Origin: Geopsychrobacteraceae bacterium
Lineage (GTDB): Bacteria; Desulfobacterota; Desulfuromonadia; Desulfuromonadales; Geopsychrobacteraceae
Direction of reading: 5' to 3'
DNA: 64,000 bases
Assembly: GCA_963662315.1 (NCBI GenBank)
Contig: OY759353.1
Coordinates: 3,904,001-3,968,000 of the forward strand
The notes below the pieces were generated by a model, which did no database searches, was not told where the DNA came from, and worked only from the letters and a program-made list of their open reading frames with translations. Positions 59,686 through 64,000 of the stretch are shown piece by piece (the first letter of the stretch is position 1; each line of letters begins with the position of its first letter). Both the position numbers and the translations under genes were made by a program.

Positions 59686-60441
59686 ATGTCGATGGCGTCG
59701 TCGGTCAAAATGTTCAGAGTTCTTGAATGCCTGTGTCAGGAAGGTCCGGCAAAAGCGGTAACCTTAAGCAAAATTCTCGATTTGAATAAAAGTTCGATTC
59801 ATCGATTTTTGAATGCTTTGATGGAAATGGGTTATGTTGTTCAGGATGAGGACTCCGGGCTGTACTCTGCAGGGCTGAAAATCTATGAAATGGGCGCTCA
59901 GGTTAAAAATCGCCTGGGGATATCGCAAATCGCTGCTCCTATTTTACGGCGTCTTCAGGTTGAGGTAAACGAAGCGGTCAATCTTGGAGTTCTGCAGAAT
60001 AATGAGATGCTGACTCTTGAGCGTTTTACTCCGGATGACATGAGTGTAAAAATTGTGGTTAAGGCAAAGTTACCTGCCTACTGTACGGCACTGGGTAAGA
60101 TATTGCTGGCGCATCTGGATCAGAACAGTTTTGAAAAATATCTTGCTGAAACAGAGCTGCGTGCATTTACCCGCAGAACGGTCACAGATCCTGATAAATT
60201 CAGGCAGATGATTGCGCAGATAAAGGTGGCCGGAATTGCTGTTGATGATCGCGAACTTGACGAAAATATTCTTTCTATAGCCACTGCGGTGCGTGACGAA
60301 ACTGGCATTGTCGTTGCGGGAATGTCGGTAACCGCATCGCCAATACGTTTGTCCGGGGCTAAACTTGAGGAAGCCAAACTAAAACTGCTGGCGGCTACGA
60401 AAGAACTGTGTTGTGCCCTGGGAAATGTCAGCAGTTGCTGA
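59686..60441 (+). CDS. IclR family transcriptional regulator
   Basis: SV.K.F.VLE, L.LNKSSIHRFL..L...GYV.Q, P.YCTALGK.LLA, T..T.TD, D..E. Confidence 0.93.
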   Translation: MSMASSVKMFRVLECLCQEGPAKAVTLSKILDLNKSSIHRFLNALMEMGYVVQDEDSGLYSAGLKIYEMGAQVKNRLGISQIAAPILRRLQVEVNEAVNLGVLQNNEMLTLERFTPDDMSVKIVVKAKLPAYCTALGKILLAHLDQNSFEKYLAETELRAFTRRTVTDPDKFRQMIAQIKVAGIAVDDRELDENILSIATAVRDETGIVVAGMSVTASPIRLSGAKLEEAKLKLLAATKELCCALGNVSSC

Positions 60442-60496
60442 GGTTTTTGTGCAACTGGGCAGCGTTCCCGTGAATAACTCAATAGAAAACAAACCG

Positions 60497-60531
60497 CCGA
60501 CGGGTGCCAGAGATTCTCTGACGCCCGTCGG
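60497..60531. terminator. Stem-loop between convergent IclR gene and small ORF
   Basis: ccgacgggtgccagaga / tctctgacgcccgtcgg; T-rich tract follows on the minus strand. Confidence 0.6.
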
Positions 60532-60565
60532 ATAGATAGTCCGGTTTGATGACCTTTATAATTTC

Positions 60566-60685
60566 TTAAGTCTTGTCACTATTGCTGAAGCGCAGAGTTC
60601 TTTTATAGTTAACCAGGTGAGCTTTTTCTAGAGCAGACATGTAGGTTACAAAAATATCGAGAGCTTTGATTACTTTAGCAGCCAT
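60566..60685 (-). CDS. Small hypothetical protein (39 aa)
   Basis: AAGGAG 6 nt before ATG; MAAKVIKALDIFVTYMSALEKAHLVNYKRTLRFSNSDKT; hairpin downstream. Confidence 0.5.
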   Translation of the reverse strand: MAAKVIKALDIFVTYMSALEKAHLVNYKRTLRFSNSDKT

Positions 60686-60879
60686 GGGAATCTCCTTTTC
60701 CTTGATTCGTTAAGATGAGCAAAACATAGCATGATGATTTTCTCGTGAGGTAGTGCTCCATCGCTAATGCCCTTATCGCATTTCGGCAAGAGAGGTGTGG
60801 GGAAAATAGGCGAGGGCTACCTTGACAAGGAATTATGACTATATTAGTTTGATATTTAATGATTCGATATGGAGACGCT

Positions 60880-61356
60880 ATGCCTATTTCTTTTCATGGC
60901 AGTAAAAACGAAAAAGATGCCCTGAGCACGTATGTAAAACTGGTGCGGGCTTGTGAAACGGTGACTGCTGCAACCCACCGGCATCTGGTCGATAAAAAGC
61001 TGACTGTTTCCCAGTTCGGGGTACTTGAAACCTTGTACCACCTTGGCCCCTTATGCCAGGCTGAAGTTGCCAAGAAGAATCTGAAGAGTACCGCCAATAT
61101 GACGACGGTTGTTGATAACCTGGAAAAGCGTGGTTTGGTTGAGCGGGTACGCAGCAGGGAAGACCGCAGGTATATTACTCTTCATCTGACCGATGCAGGG
61201 TTGCAGCTGATTGCAGAAATTTTTCCTGTCCATGTGCAGTCCATGGTGAAAGGGTTCAGTGTGTTGACTGCAGATGAACAGCAACAGTTGGCCGAGCTGT
61301 GCAAGAAGTTGGGAATTTCGAACCAGATAAACTGTTCAAGAAGGAGCAGACCATGA
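60880..61356 (+). CDS. MarR family regulator (MhqR-like)
   Basis: LT.SQF.VLE.LYH.G, T.VVDNLEKRGLV.R...EDRR, IFP.H; TTGACA promoter at 60822. Confidence 0.9.
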   Translation: MPISFHGSKNEKDALSTYVKLVRACETVTAATHRHLVDKKLTVSQFGVLETLYHLGPLCQAEVAKKNLKSTANMTTVVDNLEKRGLVERVRSREDRRYITLHLTDAGLQLIAEIFPVHVQSMVKGFSVLTADEQQQLAELCKKLGISNQINCSRRSRP

Positions 61357-62048
61357 TTACCGTGCGCAAATCTCAGGATCGAGGTCATTTTGTATCTGAC
61401 TGGTTAGAGAGTTATCATACGTTCTCTTTTGCGACATATCATGACCCTGATCAGATGGGGTTTCGCTCTCTGCGGGTTATTAACCAGGATCGCGTAAAGC
61501 CAGGAGGTGGATTTCCCCTCCACCCTCATAAGGAGATGGAAATTCTGTCTTTTGTGCTTGAAGGGACCCTCAAGCACGAGGACAACCTGGGGCATGAAGG
61601 ACTTATCCACGCCGGTGAAGTGCAGCGTATTTCTGCCGGAACCGGCATTATGCACAGCGAGTATAATTCATCAGACACTGAGGAGGTTCATTTTCTGCAG
61701 ATCTGGATAGTGCCTGCTGAGCAGGGGCTAGCCCCGTCTTATGAAAGTAAGTCCTTTGAGCCGAAAGAGCCGAATTCTTTGCAGCTACTCGCTTCACGAG
61801 ATGGCCGGTACGGATCGGTTGTTGTGCACCAGGATCTTTCTCTGTATTCCGGCACGTTGGAGTCAGGGCATTCGTTGCCATATCATTTAGTCGTTGGCCG
61901 CCACGCCTGGATCCAGGTCACTTCTGGAGACCTGGAGGTCAGCGGGCATCTCATTGCAGCAGGAGACGGTGCCGCCGTCAGTGAAGAAACAGTTATTGGC
62001 CTTTCTACCCCAGGCCGGGCAAAGTTTCTTCTTTTTGATCTGGGGTAA
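61353..62048 (+). CDS. Pirin family protein (YhhW-like)
   Basis: WL.S.HTFSF..Y.DP, LRVIN.D, HPH.EMEI, AGTGI.HSE.N, LQIWI.P; ATGA overlap with the MarR gene. Confidence 0.93.
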   Translation: MITVRKSQDRGHFVSDWLESYHTFSFATYHDPDQMGFRSLRVINQDRVKPGGGFPLHPHKEMEILSFVLEGTLKHEDNLGHEGLIHAGEVQRISAGTGIMHSEYNSSDTEEVHFLQIWIVPAEQGLAPSYESKSFEPKEPNSLQLLASRDGRYGSVVVHQDLSLYSGTLESGHSLPYHLVVGRHAWIQVTSGDLEVSGHLIAAGDGAAVSEETVIGLSTPGRAKFLLFDLG

Positions 62049-62082
62049 GCAAATTTTTGTTACTCACAAAGGAGTTAATTTT

Positions 62083-62685
62083 ATGAAAACCGATTTCTGG
62101 AACGCGGTAAAACAGAGAAGAACCTATTATTCCCTGAGCAAAGACCAGGTAACCAGCGATGAGAAAATCGAAGAGATTGTCGGGGAAGCAATAAAGCATG
62201 TTCCATCCTCCTTCAACTCCCAAAGTTCCCGCGTGGTGATTCTTCTCGGTGAACAGCATGACCGGTTGTGGGATATCACCAAGGCGGAACTCAAGAAGTT
62301 GATGCCGGCTGAAAATTTTCAGGCCACTGAGGATAAAATCAATGGCGCTTTCCGTAGTGGTTACGGCTCAATCCTGTATTTTGAGGATCAGCAGGTTGTT
62401 GAAGCATTGCAGCAAAAGTTTCCCCTTTATGCTGATAATTTTCCAATCTGGTCAAATCATTCCTCAGGGATGCTGCAATTTGCTATCTGGTCTGCCCTGG
62501 AAATGGAAGGGTGGGGGGCCTCATTGCAGCATTACAATCCGGTGATTGACGCTGCGGTAAAAAGTACCTGGGGGATTCCGGATAACTGGAAGCTGATTGC
62601 CCAGATGCCGTTTGGTAAACCGACTGCTGCGCCGGGAGAAAAAGAATTCTTACCCTTGTCTCAGCGCTTGAAACTGTTCAAATAA
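62083..62685 (+). CDS. Nitroreductase family protein (Frm2/Hbn1-like)
   Basis: RRTYY.L, PSSFNSQSSR, GYG.ILYFED, GASLQHYNP, AQMPFG. Confidence 0.9.
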   Translation: MKTDFWNAVKQRRTYYSLSKDQVTSDEKIEEIVGEAIKHVPSSFNSQSSRVVILLGEQHDRLWDITKAELKKLMPAENFQATEDKINGAFRSGYGSILYFEDQQVVEALQQKFPLYADNFPIWSNHSSGMLQFAIWSALEMEGWGASLQHYNPVIDAAVKSTWGIPDNWKLIAQMPFGKPTAAPGEKEFLPLSQRLKLFK

Positions 62686-62704
62686 GCAGGCTCGGCAAGT
62701 CTGT

Positions 62705-62755
62705 CATTCAGATTCTGCAGGCTGGACAGGATCAACCGTCTGCAGAACCTGAATG
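62705..62755 (+). terminator. Stem-loop after the nitroreductase gene
   Basis: cattcagattctgcag ... ctgcagaacctgaatg (one mismatch). Confidence 0.5.
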
Positions 62756-62922
62756 AGTGTCCTACACTGTGTATGCACTCACCTGATAACTTTATTACCG
62801 CTAATAGATCACCAAGCCGGTTTTCAGCTAACTTTAGTTAAGGGACTGCTTTCTGTTATAATTCAGGCTAACTGGCTTAAGCCAATTCCAAAATGACTCG
62901 TTTATTTTTAGTAGGTGAAATT

Positions 62923-63888
62923 ATGCAAGACAGCTGTGGCCGAACAATCGACTATCTGCGCCTTTCGGTAACCGATAACTGCAATTTGCGCTGTCGCTAT
63001 TGTGTACCGGAAGGCGAATCTGCCTGTCACCATGACAATCATCTGTTGGCTTTTGAGGACTATTTGAAAATAGTTCGCGCTGCTGTTGAACTAGGGGTCA
63101 GGAAGGTCCGGGTGACAGGTGGTGAGCCGCTGGTTCGTCAAGGCTTGGCGGAGTTTTTACATGAGTTGACCGCGATCTCTCAGATTGAAGATGTCAGCCT
63201 GACGACCAATGGTGTTCTCCTGGGAAAATATGCCGAACAGCTAAAGGATGCCGGGGTTAAGCGACTCAATGTCAGTCTGGATTCCCTTGATAAGGAAAAG
63301 TTTTCAGCGATTACTCGCGGAGGTTCGTTGGCGAAAGTTCTTGCCGGATTGAAAAAGGCCGATCAGCTTGGCTTCAGGATCAAGTTAAATATGGTGGCTA
63401 TGCGGGGAATCAATGATCAGGAATTGATCGATTTTGCTGACTTGAGTAGACACAAAGCCTGGGCGATACGTTTTATCGAATATATGCCGATGGTCCCGGA
63501 AGGGGATTATCAAGCACATTTTATCAGTGGACAAGAGATCTTGGCTTTGCTGCGGCAACAGTATGAAATCAGCAATATTTCAACGGGCGAATACGCCGGG
63601 CCCGCAAAACCCTATAAAATCACTGGTGCCGCCGGTTCCCTGGGAATTATAACGCCCATGAGCGAGCATTTTTGCTCATCCTGCAACCGGATTCGGATTA
63701 CCTCCCAAGGCGCAGCAAAAAGTTGTCTGTTCAGTCCGGTAACGACGGATCTTAAACCGATCCTGAATGATCATGTTGCTCTTAAAAATACTCTCGAAAC
63801 GGTTATCGGTGGTAAACCGACCCAACATGATATGCGCGTTGATTCCCGCAGTGTAACCGGACTCGGCATGTCTGCTATTGGCGGGTAG
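62923..63888 (+). CDS. moaA: GTP 3',8-cyclase (molybdenum cofactor biosynthesis)
   Basis: YLRLSVTD.CNLRCRYC, TGGEPL, LTTNG, RFIEYMP, FCSSCNRIR, CLF, C-terminal MSAIGG. Confidence 0.96.
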   Translation: MQDSCGRTIDYLRLSVTDNCNLRCRYCVPEGESACHHDNHLLAFEDYLKIVRAAVELGVRKVRVTGGEPLVRQGLAEFLHELTAISQIEDVSLTTNGVLLGKYAEQLKDAGVKRLNVSLDSLDKEKFSAITRGGSLAKVLAGLKKADQLGFRIKLNMVAMRGINDQELIDFADLSRHKAWAIRFIEYMPMVPEGDYQAHFISGQEILALLRQQYEISNISTGEYAGPAKPYKITGAAGSLGIITPMSEHFCSSCNRIRITSQGAAKSCLFSPVTTDLKPILNDHVALKNTLETVIGGKPTQHDMRVDSRSVTGLGMSAIGG

Positions 63889-64000
63889 GGTAGCTGCGAG
63901 GTCCGGTACTATGCTAAGCGCGGTGCGCCATTTCGAAGCACTATGTATTTTCCTCACAAGCAACTAAAATTCGTTCCGCTGGGACTCGCAGCTGTTTCAT

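Overview
A gene-dense chromosomal window, probably from an anaerobic Desulfuromonadales-type deltaproteobacterium (inferred from the c7-type triheme cytochrome and the ahbD-hemE-hemH cluster). In order: an EAL/HDOD gene and a triheme cytochrome; a sigma54-driven trans-4-hydroxy-L-proline dehydratase (HypD) and its activase, followed by an ANKH/MATE-like protein and two EamA transporters; stress and housekeeping genes (gcvR-like, ygiD, yceI, LysR, aroK, CDGSH, MYG1, Nudix, quinone oxidoreductase, a two-component pair, a FabX/FabK-like flavoprotein); heme synthesis genes; an AT-rich FadR-type regulon with four identical operator cores (SulP, TAXI-TRAP, class IV aminotransferase) followed by pruA; a cluster of IS elements (three IS3-family, one IS4 with a 9-bp target duplication, a RAYT fragment); a nonsense-interrupted Dcu transporter; ssb; a TPP-riboswitch SSS + ThiW ECF operon; a ureide operon with a strongly divergent malate synthase-like enzyme; a Tat-less molybdopterin enzyme + Fe-S + MFS + IclR unit resembling gut-bacterial catechol dehydroxylases; MarR-pirin-nitroreductase; and moaA. 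No rRNA, tRNA or CRISPR array was seen. Best candidates for an undescribed system are the catechol-dehydroxylase-like Mo operon (55.3-60.4 kb), the ureide/malate-synthase operon (47.2-55.1 kb), and HypD with its ANKH-like neighbour. All family calls come from motif recognition by eye; no database search was run.
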